Counted from the first letter of the stretch, positions 1-12,345 are shown. The stretch is DNA of 64,000 nt from Octopus vulgaris (GCA_951406725.2 OX597821.1:75578001-75642000); one strand, 5' to 3'. Notes: generated by a model not told the origin, from the sequence alone. Numbers and translations: made by a program.

Positions 1-500
1 TAAGTGGCTGCATACACAGACACACACGTACATAGGCATACACGCACATATAAACATAGCTTGCTGCTCACACACAGCACTTACGCATCACACATACGCA
101 CACACACACACATTATCACACATTCACATAAAATCCTGTCAGTATAGCAAAAAGTGTAAGGTAGACGTGGAACGAACTAAACCGGAAGAATGAGGCAATG
201 TTATCGATGAAGTCAAGAACGACAATGAAAGGACTTGCTCAAGGAGTAATCAAGTAATCGATTAGATAATTGATCAGTTGGTCAGTTAGCTGACTTATGA
301 AGAATGAATTGAAATAAAACCAGTGCGTGTGTTTCTTGTTAGCGGGTGTGTATGATTGTGTATAGAAGAATGTATTAAACAAAGATATTCCAACTTGGAT
401 TTTCACGTTTTATTTACAATCGTATAATAATATAATATAATATAATATAATATAATATAATATAATGAAACGATAGAATATTAAATGTCCATTCTGATTA

Positions 501-546
501 AGCTAGTACTTTCATGCATTAAAGTATGCAATCTTCAGGTACATGT
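501..546 (-). ncRNA. Degenerate hammerhead-like motif
   Basis: Minus strand reads gtac-CTGAAGA-ttgcat actttaa tgcat-GAAA-GTACTA. Both core boxes, a tgcat/atgca stem II and a palindromic AGTACT are present, but stem I does not pair. Confidence 0.35.
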
Positions 547-1054
547 AGTTGTGGTAACAGTTATGTTTTACAATTTACAACTGTGGTGAGATGGCTAAAC
601 TGTGTGCTTTAAATACATTTATATAAGCTCCAGAATGTAAAATTTTGCAAACTGTATTCTGACCTATCTGTGTAATTTCATTAAATTACTTAAGTTGATT
701 GGTGTTTCGTCTAGGCGTCACGGTTTGTTGAACATGTCAAAAGACCTGTATTTTGACCGTGGCCAAAGCTATTTTTAGAAATGATGCAATCAACATTTCC
801 CAGGGATTTTTGCATTTCAATCATCATCATCACCATTATCATCTCCCTTATTATTGTTGTCGTTGATGTTGTTGATGGTGGTGGTGGTAGTAGGAGTAGC
901 TGTGGTAATAGAATTTTAAACCCCTAAAATAAGATTATTTTTACTGACTTTTCTCTTGACTTAGCTAGTATTTTCCTGCTATCGTCATCATGGGCACCTT
1001 TAGTATTATTGTTGTTCGTAGTAGTGGTCGTAGCAATACCTCTAAGTATTAATA

Positions 1055-1530
1055 TTATTGTTTATTTAGCTTGGGTTGGAATTTATTAATAAAGTTCTTT
1101 TCTCCGATTTTTCTCTCCATTTCACTTGGACTGTGAAGTTTGTGGAATGGAAATATAAATATTTTTCTGACTGCATGTTGCTAGATGGTTACTCAAAGGT
1201 ACCTGACGGACATCTGGGTCTCTAATTTGCTGTCGGTGCACACGCGAACGTTCTAATAGTGCATTTCCTGTCTAACCCATATATAGTTCGTCACAATTTT
1301 GGCATTTGACGCAGCTAATTAAAATTCTGCTTTTGCAGTTCATATTTGTGTTTGAGAATAATTTTCCGGTTTCTGTGTTCTTACATTGGCCGGTATGCAT
1401 GAATTGGTATATGCCACATTGGCAATCATTGCATTTAGATACAGTAAATGATTGGTCTTTCTTGCTCAAGTCAAACTTGGCTTTTGTTAATAATTTTTCA
1501 AGTTTTTAGGGTGTCTTTTACTAAAAACCA
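1055..1530 (-). pseudogene. Penelope-like element GIY-YIG endonuclease remnant
   Basis: Minus-strand translation across one stop and frameshifts: SKRHPKN/KKLLTKAKF...KCNDCQCGIYQF...NCKSRILISCVKCQNCDELYMG*TGNALLERSRVHRQQI...NHL.../FIFPFHKL...EKNFINKFQPKLNKQ*. This matches the Cys-rich linker plus YIG-T..L..R...H and F.P.LN layout of PLE endonucleases. Confidence 0.85.
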
Positions 1531-1560
1531 TAGCTCGATCTGTGATTGTATATATATATA

Positions 1561-1639
1561 TATCGGACCAAGAGTTTAACTATGGTCTGTCCATAGCACT
1601 TACCTAGCGTTACCTGCCACCCTTTGTGTCTTCTAGATA

Positions 1640-1692
<53 letters not shown>

Positions 1693-1773
1693 GGTATCTA
1701 GAAGACACAAAGGGTGGCAGGTAACGCTAGGTAAGTGCTATGGACAGACCATAGTTAAACTCTTGGTCCGATA
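1561..1773. repeat. Perfect 85-bp inverted repeat around a (TA)n spacer
   Basis: 1561-1645 is the exact reverse complement of 1689-1773. The spacer is (TA)n plus agg. Confidence 0.95.
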
Positions 1774-1814
1774 GTGAAACGAGGGAGGAGTTTGTGGGTC
1801 ATGTATTAGCAAGC

Positions 1815-1868
<54 letters not shown>

Positions 1869-1962
1869 GTGTGCGTGTGTGCATGTGTTAGATAAAAATA
1901 GATAACAAATCCAAGGCTGTGAGGAGTTTTCAGGACATTTATAAGGAAAGATACATAAATAT

Positions 1963-2012
1963 AGTCTTACAGGTGTTTCTGGGACATTATGGAAATCCCT
2001 TCATCAGAGACT
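1963..2012 (-). ncRNA. Minimal type I hammerhead ribozyme-like motif
   Basis: Minus strand reads agtct-CTGATGA-a-gggattt ccat aatgtccc-a-GAAA-CacctG-TA-agact. Stem I is 5 bp (agtct/agact), both core boxes are intact and the predicted site is GUA. Confidence 0.7.
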
Positions 2013-2241
2013 GTGAGATGGTTAAATAGAGGTGAATGTGTGTGTTCGAAGTAAGGAATTATTGTGGAAAAGGAGGAGATAGGGAATAGAGGGAAATAAG
2101 AGAATGAAGGTAGAAATATATAACATATTGTAGTTGCAGTTCCATTATTCGAGTAAAGTGGTGTATATTCTTTTCCATAATAATTTCCATAATAATCTCG
2201 AAATCAAACATTTACCTCTATTTAACCATCTCACATCAACG

Positions 2242-2286
2242 CCGATGAAGGGATATCCATAATATCCCAGAAACAGCTGTAAGACT
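2242..2286 (+). ncRNA. Degenerate hammerhead-like motif
   Basis: CCGATGA-a-gggatat ccata atatccc-a-GAAA-CAGCTG-TA-agact: perfect 7-bp stem II and palindromic stem III, with a U4-to-C change and the 5' strand of stem I lost. Confidence 0.55.
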
Positions 2287-2372
2287 TATAAATGTCCTGA
2301 GAACTCCTCACAGCCTTGGCTTTGTTATCTCGTTTTGTCTAATATATATATACATTTATAGACTCACACACA

Positions 2373-2426
<54 letters not shown>

Positions 2427-2811
2427 CATACATATAAATACGCACAAATTTTATCTACACATATATACTTACTCATATATATGTATACACAACCACACAT
2501 ATAATAACAAATATTAAACAATAGAGTGAGCAAATAATATTACATCTTCAATTTACAATTTTATCTGATAGCCAATATCATGGATGGAAAGCAGACGTTA
2601 AAGGATGCTGATGATGCTGATCATGATGATACATAAACCCATTACCTTTTCCTTGTTTCAGCCAATGGACTTCGGTTGGGCTGGGGCACCGCCTTGCTTG
2701 AAGGAGTACAACCAATCAATTCGCGATGACAAAAGAATAAACCATTGAGTTACGAACTGCATTAGCTTACAAGTGTTTTGGCTGTAAGATGCAATGCAAT
2801 CATACTTGAGT

Positions 2812-2843
2812 GCTTGAGTTTCACCCTATAGGTTCATCGGAGC
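2812..2843 (-). ncRNA. Degenerate hammerhead-like motif
   Basis: Minus strand reads gct-CCGATGA-acc tatag ggt-GAAA-ctca-agc. Stems I and II pair, but the core and the cleavage triplet are mutated. Confidence 0.4.
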
Positions 2844-2860
2844 TTAAGACACGAATTGTA

Positions 2861-3064
2861 ATTCTGTTGTGTCTGGGGAGAGTAATTTTCTTTTTGTGCC
2901 TTATAATTTAAGACACTTACCGGTAAAATTTCCACTTTTTCAATAGCAAGACGCAACGAAAATTTTAGGAAAATAAAAATAATAAATAAGTGGAAATTTT
3001 ACCGGTGAGTGTGTTAAATTATAAGGCACAAAAAGAAAATGACTCTCCCCAGACACAACAGAAT
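2861..3064. repeat. 77-bp inverted repeat with 50-bp spacer
   Basis: 2861-2937 and 2988-3064 are reverse complements with a few mismatches. Confidence 0.9.
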
Positions 3065-3235
3065 ATATGCTTCAACACACGAAATCCAAAAACGAAATGA
3101 ATTGTAATGTTATTTGGGAAAACATTTAAACCTGCTTGTTGATCATACACCTATTTTCGTCTTTTATTTTTCTGTAAACTCAACTATATAAGCTAGTGTG
3201 AAGTGTTTAAGCTACTGACCCCGAATGGGAAGATC

Positions 3236-3304
3236 TGCAAACAGATCTCTGACTCGTTTTGGAGAATTTGTTGCAATTGCTTCCTCCAGATTCATATCTC
3301 AGTG
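3236..3304 (-). pseudogene. Possible Helitron RepHel remnant
   Basis: Translates as H*DMNLEEAIATNSPKRVRDLFA, which resembles the HWD.TL.EA....SP...R.LFA motif of Helitron RepHel proteins (TGA in place of W). The similarity covers only ~23 aa. Confidence 0.4.
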
Positions 3305-3586
3305 ATGAACATATTCGTCGCTAAAAATAATGTAAAAAACATCGCCGAAAACAATCGCAGTGATGAAAAACATAGGAAACCAAACTTTCAGGATTGCAGG
3401 TCCAGATTCGGCCCTGAATGCTTTTAATTTACTCACGGAGACAGCCTGATTCCAAAATGGTATGATATGTTGGGCTACAGCCCCTAGGAGTAAAGTTGAA
3501 AATACTGACACACTGACATTCACATTTATTATATATGTTTAATTTTGGGGAAACTGTATTTCAGTTAAAATGTATTATATATATAA

Positions 3587-3654
<68 letters not shown>

Positions 3655-4359
3655 ATGCCTATGTATATGTATATATGTACACACGCTCACGTATCTAGTA
3701 AAGAAAGCAAAATACAAAACAAAAATGACAGTGTTCAGTAGCTGATTCAGTGTGCTGGCCACAGGAATTTCTGCCCAGGAGAGTTGTACATGATCTCCCT
3801 CTTTCTCTCACATACTCAATCTCTTTCTCACTCTCATTATTACTCCCACTGCCACCATCAACACTGCTACTTTTAATAAATTATCAACTCTCCCTACATT
3901 TCTTTGTCTCTCCTTCTCTCCTGCTGCTTTTCTTTCTTTCTTTCTCTCTCTCTGTCTTCGTCACCACCCTCACTGCCTCTATGCCTACTATTTCCCTCAC
4001 CCCAGTATGTGGAAGTCTCATTGAATAGTGAGAGAGGGGGTAAAAGTGTGACACACTGACACAGAAATTAGTTTTCGCATTTGTTAATTTAGATATACTA
4101 GCTTATAGGGCGGTTTTTAAGCTAGCTCATGTGGAGGGCACTTCATTAAGCCTTGGGCCCAACAATGACACTTCATGCACTGAGTACATATTAAATTCTA
4201 TTAAACTTGACCAATATTTTTCAATCAATGAACAATTTTCATCAAAACAATGATAAAATTTGTCGACTTGGAACTTATTGCAAAGCTGCATGAAAAACAT
4301 TTTTTGTCTTCCCATTCAGGGATCAGTACATTTTTTTCTGTCTAACCTCTCTCTCTCTC

Positions 4360-4392
<33 letters not shown>

Positions 4393-4619
4393 GTTGATTG
4401 TTTTCAACTATCACCATCACCAGTACCACCACCATCTCCACCAAAACTGCCATACACACACCATTCAGACTTTTGACGCCACCACCATCAACACCTTTGA
4501 TTTCGCCGCCCTCTCCCACCACCATCACCACTGTCTTTCTGCCCTCACCGTCTCTATGCCACTATTACTCTCACCCCAGTAAGAGGAGTAGAAGAATTGT
4601 CATTAAATAGTGAGAGAGG

Positions 4620-4760
4620 GTGTTTCCAGTTACCAAATCCACTCACAAGGTTTTGGTCGCCCCCCCCCCCCTACGTTATAGTAGAAGACATTTGCCCAAA
4701 ATCCTACGCAGCAGAACTGAAACCGAAACCATGTGGTTACGAAGCAAGCACCTTTCCATA
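4620..4760 (-). mobile_element. SINE family B fragment (tRNA head, CORE-like)
   Basis: Contains aaatccactcacaagg...gtagaagacatttgcccaa...gaaaccatgtggtt, shared with the full copies at 16.5, 23.6, 33.0 and 63.2 kb. Confidence 0.75.
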
Positions 4761-6003
4761 CAGAGCGAGAAAGAGATTAGAAAGCGTGTGAGTTGCAAAA
4801 TGAAAGCACCGTTGGTTGTCATCCGAATCGTCGTTTATTTAACATTGAAGATGATGCGTAATTGATTTGTTGGTCAGTTGTTATAATTTAACACTTTCCA
4901 TGTTTATGTAAAGATATTTCTGGGAGTTTGACCTTCTGAAATGTTTTGATATTCATCTGTCGATGGACACTGTCCTTAATTTAGAGTCCACATCTCGTCA
5001 CACCACACCAGCTGCATCAACATTATATATATATAATGCATGTACATACACATATATATATATATATATATATTGTCAGTGCCTCTGTGAGGTGTGTATA
5101 AAGGAGTTTTGACGAGGTATTAGGTAATAAATATCGTACTATACACTAGGTTAACTTTTATTATATGATACGATAATGTGATATCTTTTATGCCGCGTCT
5201 GCGTTTTGATTGCTTCGAGCAATTAGGTTTCATTGAAGTTTACTGGACATGGATTTCGATTAAAATGTAAAATGACAGTAACTATTATTTTATTGGCGCC
5301 CATATCTCCAGAATAAACCGGAATTCAGAGAGAAGTGGGGGGAAAACAAAAAACGATAGTGAATCTGATTATGAAGTGAGAGAGGGCAAAATATAAAAAA
5401 ATGAAAAACAAGAAACAAAAAATAACTGAAATATAATCATAAAAAAAATTAGTGAAATTATATTTGTATAGTATGTTCTGCGCATGTGTGTGTGTGTCTT
5501 TGCTATACGACCTACGTATATGGTTTGTTCTCACCACATAATTTACAAAGCTATTCGCCTGGTTATTTATCTTCAACTTTTGCACAATTAAGCTATGGAA
5601 ATGCTAAAATGTTACTAGAAATTATGTTTAATCTCATTGAGAGCCAGTTCATGTCAATATATCATACATCTTTCTCTCAGTAACACAAGACAGATTCTCT
5701 GTTTATTTTTACCCAGCACTGTACTGCACCATTCCGCCATCTTAGAAATACGTTGCGCTCCAGTGAAGCGGCTCGAAGCATGGACAGTAAACCGATGCTA
5801 ATAACGCAGCATGTATAAAAGCGCTCTTAACATCATCACAGCTGGAATCAATACGCTTTTTCTGTCTATATGACGTGTTATATATCGGCGGTAAAGTGCC
5901 CTCCGACCCCAATTAGTCGCGCTGGCCCCCTGACGGCCCACGAGATTAGCAACCGATAAAGGATGAGTGAGGGAGAGAGAGAAAGAGAGAGATAGTGTTA
6001 GAC

Positions 6004-6034
<31 letters not shown>

Positions 6035-6589
6035 CAGAGAGAAGGAGAGAAAGAGAAAGTGTGGAGAGAAAGAGGACGGGAGAAAGAAATAAAACATAAA
6101 ACAAAAAAGAAAAGGAAGACAATATGAGTGGGTGTTAGTGGGAGGAGGTGTTTGTAGGGGCTGGGAGGATGCGAGGTGCGGAGTAGTCGCTTGAATGAGT
6201 GAACATTGCCCGTCACGTTCCCTTCTGCCTGATCAGCTTGGAACTGATTGGATCTTACACCGCTAATGGGAAGGATTTCGCTGCTGAGACAAAGGAAAAT
6301 TACTCGGAGATAAAGACACATGGTAGCGCTCGTAACAATGCGATAACAACTGCTCACCAGCAATGGCGCAGCTTTGACGTCATAAATATAAAATAGTAAA
6401 CATTACTTGCAAAGTATTAATAAGGAAATCAAACTCTGTTCCATTTTAAGCCTCTCTGTGATGCTATTCGGCCGAGAGAATATCTTACACAGATATTTAA
6501 ATTCACATACATCAATTCACGTACACAGCCTCCGTAACATAGTCACACACATATGAGTGCAAGTATGTGTAAGTACCTTACTTACACAC

Positions 6590-6747
6590 ACACACATACA
6601 CACACACATACCCATACACACACATACGTGCATACACATCTCTCACTCCCTCTCTGAAATGAGTGGCATACACAAACACACACACACATATATATATGTA
6701 TATATTATGTATATATACATATATATATATATCTATACATCTATCTA

Positions 6748-6799
<52 letters not shown>

Positions 6800-6875
6800 T
6801 ACACATTTGTGTGGATATATATGTATATATACATATATATGTGTATATATATATATACATATATATATGTATACG

Positions 6876-6917
<42 letters not shown>

Positions 6918-7330
6918 CTTATATGTATATATATACATATGCATATACATATATAAGTATATATATATATACGTATAACTATACACAGACATATATATGA
7001 TATATGTATATATGCGCACACACGTGCACAAACACGCACATATACACAGACACATACACACCGTATACACACGTGTATAAACACATTAAGTTTTTTATTT
7101 TGTGCAAATATATATGCATATTTGTGAAAATATTTGTATATATATACACAAACTTATATACATATTTTATGCATATAATTTTCCTTTACATGTATGTATA
7201 TTCATACATACCTACACACGCACACACATACATATATATATATAAGTGTATTTGGATATATATATGTATGTATAGGTGTTTTATGTAGGTATCTATACAT
7301 ACGCATGCGTACACAAGTCGTACATATACA
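6590..7330. repeat. Compound (CA)n/(TA)n microsatellite field
   Basis: Read directly. It generates the YI/HT/VC-rich pseudo-ORFs in the ORF track. Confidence 0.95.
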
Positions 7331-7879
7331 TAAGCTTCTCATTGGCACTTGTCAAATTGCTTTCGGTGTTACTAACTCTATTGGGTGTGTCTGTCAATAA
7401 CTACATATCTATCTCTCGACACATACGCATGCTGTATATGTTTATTAAATCCCCTTTATTTTTGCATTTCCATATTATCAATAAATCTGACTGGAGAAAG
7501 AAACACAGGATCAGTCGATGGCAAACAACGTCGATGGTGCGTGGTGGTGGTGGTGGTGGGGGACATAGACGTGTGTGCCAAAGAAAAACCTATGTGTTAA
7601 TTATGATATATAGATATATCGGATCTTGTGTGAGTATATGTGTATATCTATAATGTACATGTGTTTTTGTCTGCACACACATGTATGGATATGTAGCACA
7701 CATATATACATAGACATACATGACTGCATATACATATATATATGCATATATATGTATGCATGCGCACACACATATGTATATACTTGTATGTATATCTATA
7801 TAAAGATTATATATGCATAGACAGTTTATACGTATATATGTGAACATTTATTTAAGCGATGCGTCGCGTTCAATAAAAT

Positions 7880-7934
<55 letters not shown>

Positions 7935-9237
7935 GTTAGAATAATATATATTCATATTTATATACAAGTGCAGAACGTTACCAACGATGCAAACAACATG
8001 AAATACGTAAACAACGAAAGGAAAAATGAAAGCAGGACAAGTAATATATGTGTATATATATGCGTATGCGAATAATATGTATATTATGCGCGCGCGCGCG
8101 TGTGTGTGTATGTGTGTGTGGGGGGGAGTGGCGTGTATGCATTCCCGTTATATTACTGCTATTAATTTCCTCACTTTCAACCAAAGAAAAGGATGTCACC
8201 TTGTGTATATATTTGACGATTACTTACAAACTCATTGTACCAAATTTAATCCCAATCTTTGTCGGATTCTCTCTCTCTCTCTCTCTTCTCGGAAAATGGT
8301 AGCCGGTCTAAAGCAAATAATATTTTCATAGGTTCTAATATAAATCCACGATGGTACGAAAACTGCACTGTTTGTATTAAATTATACAGTAAGGCCTAAA
8401 AATATTTGAACTTTCGAACATTTAGCTTTCACTTCATTACAATATACGCTTAACTAATTAACTCCCTTATAAGCTCGTAGCCGAGTGATACCTCGCCGGC
8501 GAATTTGCAGAGTCGTTAAAGAACCAATCAGAATGATTGCTATTGGTATTCAAATACACTCCAGGTCGACTTTGCCATCTAGGTCTTCGGTTTGATAAGT
8601 AAAGTAGCTGACTAGGCGTAGGAGTGGCTGTGGGGTAAGTAGCTTGCTTACGAACCACATGAAAGGTATCGTAGATGATAGCATCATAACCACTCGATCA
8701 TTTAGTGACTCAACCATTTTTAAGCTGGTTGTTCACTAGGATATCCTCTTTGCTATTTAGTGCTAGTTCGTGCCATAAGTTGGCTATTTGCACTTTTAAA
8801 ATTATACCACTGCTCGGAGAGATATATTTATATCTAAACCTAGGAAAAGCTTTAAATTAGGGAGAAGCTTGTAGTCGATTATATATCAACCGAGAACTCT
8901 CAATGCAAAGATGTTCAAAGATGGAAGGAATCCATCTTTGAACCTCTCTGCATTAAAATCTGAAATATAAGATCTTCTGATGACGGAGGCTCGTCTCATC
9001 CTATGTTAATAGCATCCATACGGCCGCATATTGTAATGAACTAAATTTACCAACATTATTGTAGATCGCCAATCCCCGAGAAACAGCTATTGAGCTTATA
9101 ACATCTTTCTTCCACAACATTTAATTTTCTTTCAGTTATATTCTGTGTAAGTTGGCTCCATTAATATAAGTATCTATATATTTATACATAAAAAATTCAT
9201 CATCTGGAAGTTTTCACCATTTGCTTTCTCTCGCATT

Positions 9238-9313
<76 letters not shown>

Positions 9314-9315
<2 letters not shown>

Positions 9316-9492
9316 AGATGTACTCGCATAGCAAGTAATTTGATCTGAGATCGTGTGCTGAAACGAAAACAATTGCAGCGTGGAAGGTGTTTGTAAGCCA
9401 TTTAAGAAACACACAAAAGCCGTTCGATTCACTTCAACATTTAAGTTTAATTTGTCAAAATATTTTCGTCGCTAAAATCCGCGACCTGTTCA
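9314..9492. repeat. ~180-bp module embedded between (TA)n tracts
   Basis: Complex sequence bounded on both sides by pure (TA)n (ending at ~9312 and starting at ~9495). Family not identified. Confidence 0.5.
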
Positions 9493-9494
9493 CC

Positions 9495-9553
<59 letters not shown>

Positions 9554-11204
9554 AGCTGAGTTAGCAGTTGAAGTAACCGACTAAGGGATAATAGTGTCTG
9601 TATTTACTATCGGTATCAATTACCTATGCTATCCCTCGGCATGTGTATGCAGGCACACCATGCTCATAGGGTACAGGCAACAGCAGAATAAACAAAAGTT
9701 TATCAGGAATCAAGTTTAAATAATCAGAAAATGGAGAAAACTCTTTAATCAACAAACAAACAAATTGAACCACATCGACTTATTAGTTTTTAACACAAAA
9801 CATAACATAACATTTCTTACGGCCGTTTTCGCTTCTAATGTTAATTGGTGTTTACGAAAGAAATTGCGAATATAATATTCGTCATCTTCATAGGTCATTC
9901 GATCTAGTACATGGAGCTTCATCAAAGTGAAAACAAATGAGTAAAATAAAATAAACGGAGGAAAGAGGGAAGAGGAAAGTACAAGGCCTCGAGAAGAGAC
10001 CAGTGGGCTCAGTATATTAAAATCATACCATCTTGCAGCGTGGAAATATGTAGTCGATAAGTAAAACAGTGAACAAGCAGTGGTCTAGAGAAATATTTAC
10101 AGGTTATTTCTATATAAAGGGTGGGGACCAGGGTGTTTGAATAGTAGTGAAATGAAGTTAGTACTAAAATTAGACAAAAATTACCAATATGTCTAGAAAA
10201 AGAATAGTACTTATGATATCGTAAATAGAGATAGTTAATATTTATCCAAAACAAAACCGTAGGGTTCTTATAACGGTGTACTTACTGAAATATTGTAAAG
10301 ACCACAACCTGTGTTGTCTGCAATGGAATTGACCAAACTCTATCCATCTCTACAATTGGTCAAGTATATTTGTACTAAGGGCAAAAGTTAAGACTGTTAC
10401 AGAGGTTGTGAAAACGAACCAGTAAATAAAGAGTGCGGGGGAAAAGATTGTGATATAAGTGGCACGAGACCGCTTATGGCCTTCTGTTACTTCTAAACAT
10501 AAAATAAATAAGAATAAAATACTATCAGTGAAATTGCTGTAAATTTATTTATAGTATAAGGTGAAATAACAAGTACAAGAGGTGCATGCGAGTGGAATTA
10601 CCTACAAAAGCATAACGCTGAATTTTACATCCTAGATAGCAAATAAAATTCCAAGTGGTGGTAATAATGTACGAACAAGTAAATGTGTACACGTACCTAC
10701 GTAAATTCTGACCCATAGGTACCTGAACGGGTAAAAGCACAAAGCCACATTCATTTAAGCGATTAAAAATTAAAATTAAAATACATGTTAATTACTACCA
10801 TGTTTACATACTCCATGTCCCAAAATTTTACTAAATCTTACCTAATATGTATTAATTTATCATAAAAGTTAGATTGTTCATATCAATAAAATCTATTAAC
10901 CAGTTAACTAATTAATTAATTAATTAATCAATTATATTAACCCTTACATGGGTGCAGCCATAATGGTTCTACCACCCAATTGCACTTTCATTCATACATA
11001 ATAAACCCAAGTGTCCTAATATCTCCCGGGAAGTCAGCTACTGATGTGTCCAAGTACAGACCTATACAATCTAGAGTGGGGAACGGTAATATTGAGTTCC
11101 TTAAATTAAATTCTACAGTGGGTAGTGGTGTTCCTAAGTGGGTGGGACTAGTAGGGTCTACTTTAAGTGGAAGTAGACCAATATGCTGGTAGAAAAATCT
11201 CCAA

Positions 11205-12345
11205 CAAAGCCACGACAATTTGACTGGCAACATATCTTGAAACATCTAACGACTGGATGCTAAGGTTCGTTGAAGACCATGAAAGATGTAAGAAGCTACA
11301 AGAGAGGAAAACATTTTCAAGTGAGTTTATGCATAATACCCAGGTTGAACAGCATAAGGGAAGTGCAGCACCTGTAGTTGCAAAGAAGGTGAAACCAATA
11401 GCAAAGCAAAATGCGCTTGAAAATTGGCTGATAGGTCGGAACAAAATCCTCTGCATGGCAAATATGTGGCCCGTAGCAAAGAAGCTGATGTAGACCAGAA
11501 GCAAACCCATCAGTAGCTACGGAGCTCAGGGCTGCCCAAGGTCAGAGCTTTTTGACCTGGAACAAACAAGCCAATGGGATGAAAAATAGTGTAGACCCAA
11601 AGTGCCGATACTGCAAGATGGGATGGAAACAGTCGACCATCTAATCTCTGGATGTAAGGTTTTAGCACCTGTAGTGTACAAATCAACACATGGCAGAGTT
11701 GGCCAATATCTACATTGAGTAATGTGTCGGCATTATGAAATCAAACTACTGACAAATTGTACAAGCACCACCCTGCGGCTGCAACTGAGGGAAGAAATGT
11801 AGCTATTCTTTGGGATTTACCAGTATGTACAGATCGAACCATCAAGGCAAATAAATTAGATATTTTTGTGAAAGATCAAAACAATAAAGTCTGTTTATTG
11901 GTTGACATGAGCATACCCTGTGACCATAATGTCTCGGCAAAAGAATTTGATAAACTCAGAAAATGCAAAGATCTGCTAATCGAAATCGAAAAGATCACAA
12001 GCCGGTTACAATCCCAGTGATTGTAGGAGCACTTGGAATGATCAAAAAAGGAACTGAAAATTATCGAAAATTATCCCTGGCTTACCATCCATTCAGGAAG
12101 TGCAAAAGGCTGTCTTAACTGGTATGTCACACATATTGAGAAGAGCATTGTTCCCCCTTTATTTGTTTACTCTTCTAGTTTTCCCTTTTTCTCTCTGACT
12201 TCCCCTTTTTCTCTGTCACATCACTCTGTATATGAACAATCGGGTGAATTCGTTTTAATAGCCTACCCATATATACAGTACGTTTCTCTGCCATAGGAGT
12301 CAGGAAGACACTCGGTAAGAAAGGAAAACAGAATCAAAAGATGCT
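11205..12345 (+). mobile_element. 5'-truncated R4/Dong-type non-LTR retrotransposon with (AAT)n tail
   Basis: Decayed ORF: PLHGKY..., CRYC...ETVDHLISGC (CCHC), ILWD...TDRTIKANKLDI...LLVDMSIPCDHNVSAKEFDKL (restriction-like endonuclease PD..D), followed by a 3' UTR and (AAT)n at ~12349-12425. Confidence 0.9.

Larger units (their letters stand above)
1888..2342. mobile_element. Inverted pair of Penelope-like terminal-repeat fragments
   Basis: ~1888-2070 and ~2170-2342 are diverged reverse complements (e.g. gataacaaatccaaggctgtgaggagttttcaggacatttataa vs ttataaatgtcctgagaactcctcacagccttggctttgttatc). Each arm carries a hammerhead-like core. Confidence 0.75.

Noticed and set aside
3299-3523. 74-aa hydrophobic ORF that looks like a membrane protein
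   Set aside because: It is bounded by stops, has no ATG start, and spans an intron-like segment. No family is recognised.
5195-5250. Minus-strand TTCAATGA...gctcGAAG pattern
   Set aside because: Both core boxes are mutated and there are no convincing stems.
6557-7288. Long ORFs rich in YI/HT/VC (also at 21.6-22.7, 34.4-34.9, 36.0-36.5, 37.4-37.9, 38.5-39.1, 55-56.2 and 60.5-61 kb)
   Set aside because: They are translations of dinucleotide or tetranucleotide microsatellites that lack stops by construction.
9822-9925. Possible split hammerhead on the minus strand (TTGATGA...GAA, then ~70 nt, then AACGGCCGTA-agaaatg)
   Set aside because: It needs an assumed insertion plus several core mutations, so it is not supportable by eye.
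10286-10375. Segment bounded by a strong minus-strand acceptor and a GTAAGT donor
   Set aside because: All three frames contain stops, so it is not supportable as a coding exon.
11000-11070. SVLISPGKSATDVSKYRPI, resembling the LINE RT PK.GK...YRPI motif
   Set aside because: The match is ~17 aa with no continuation into the expected downstream residues.
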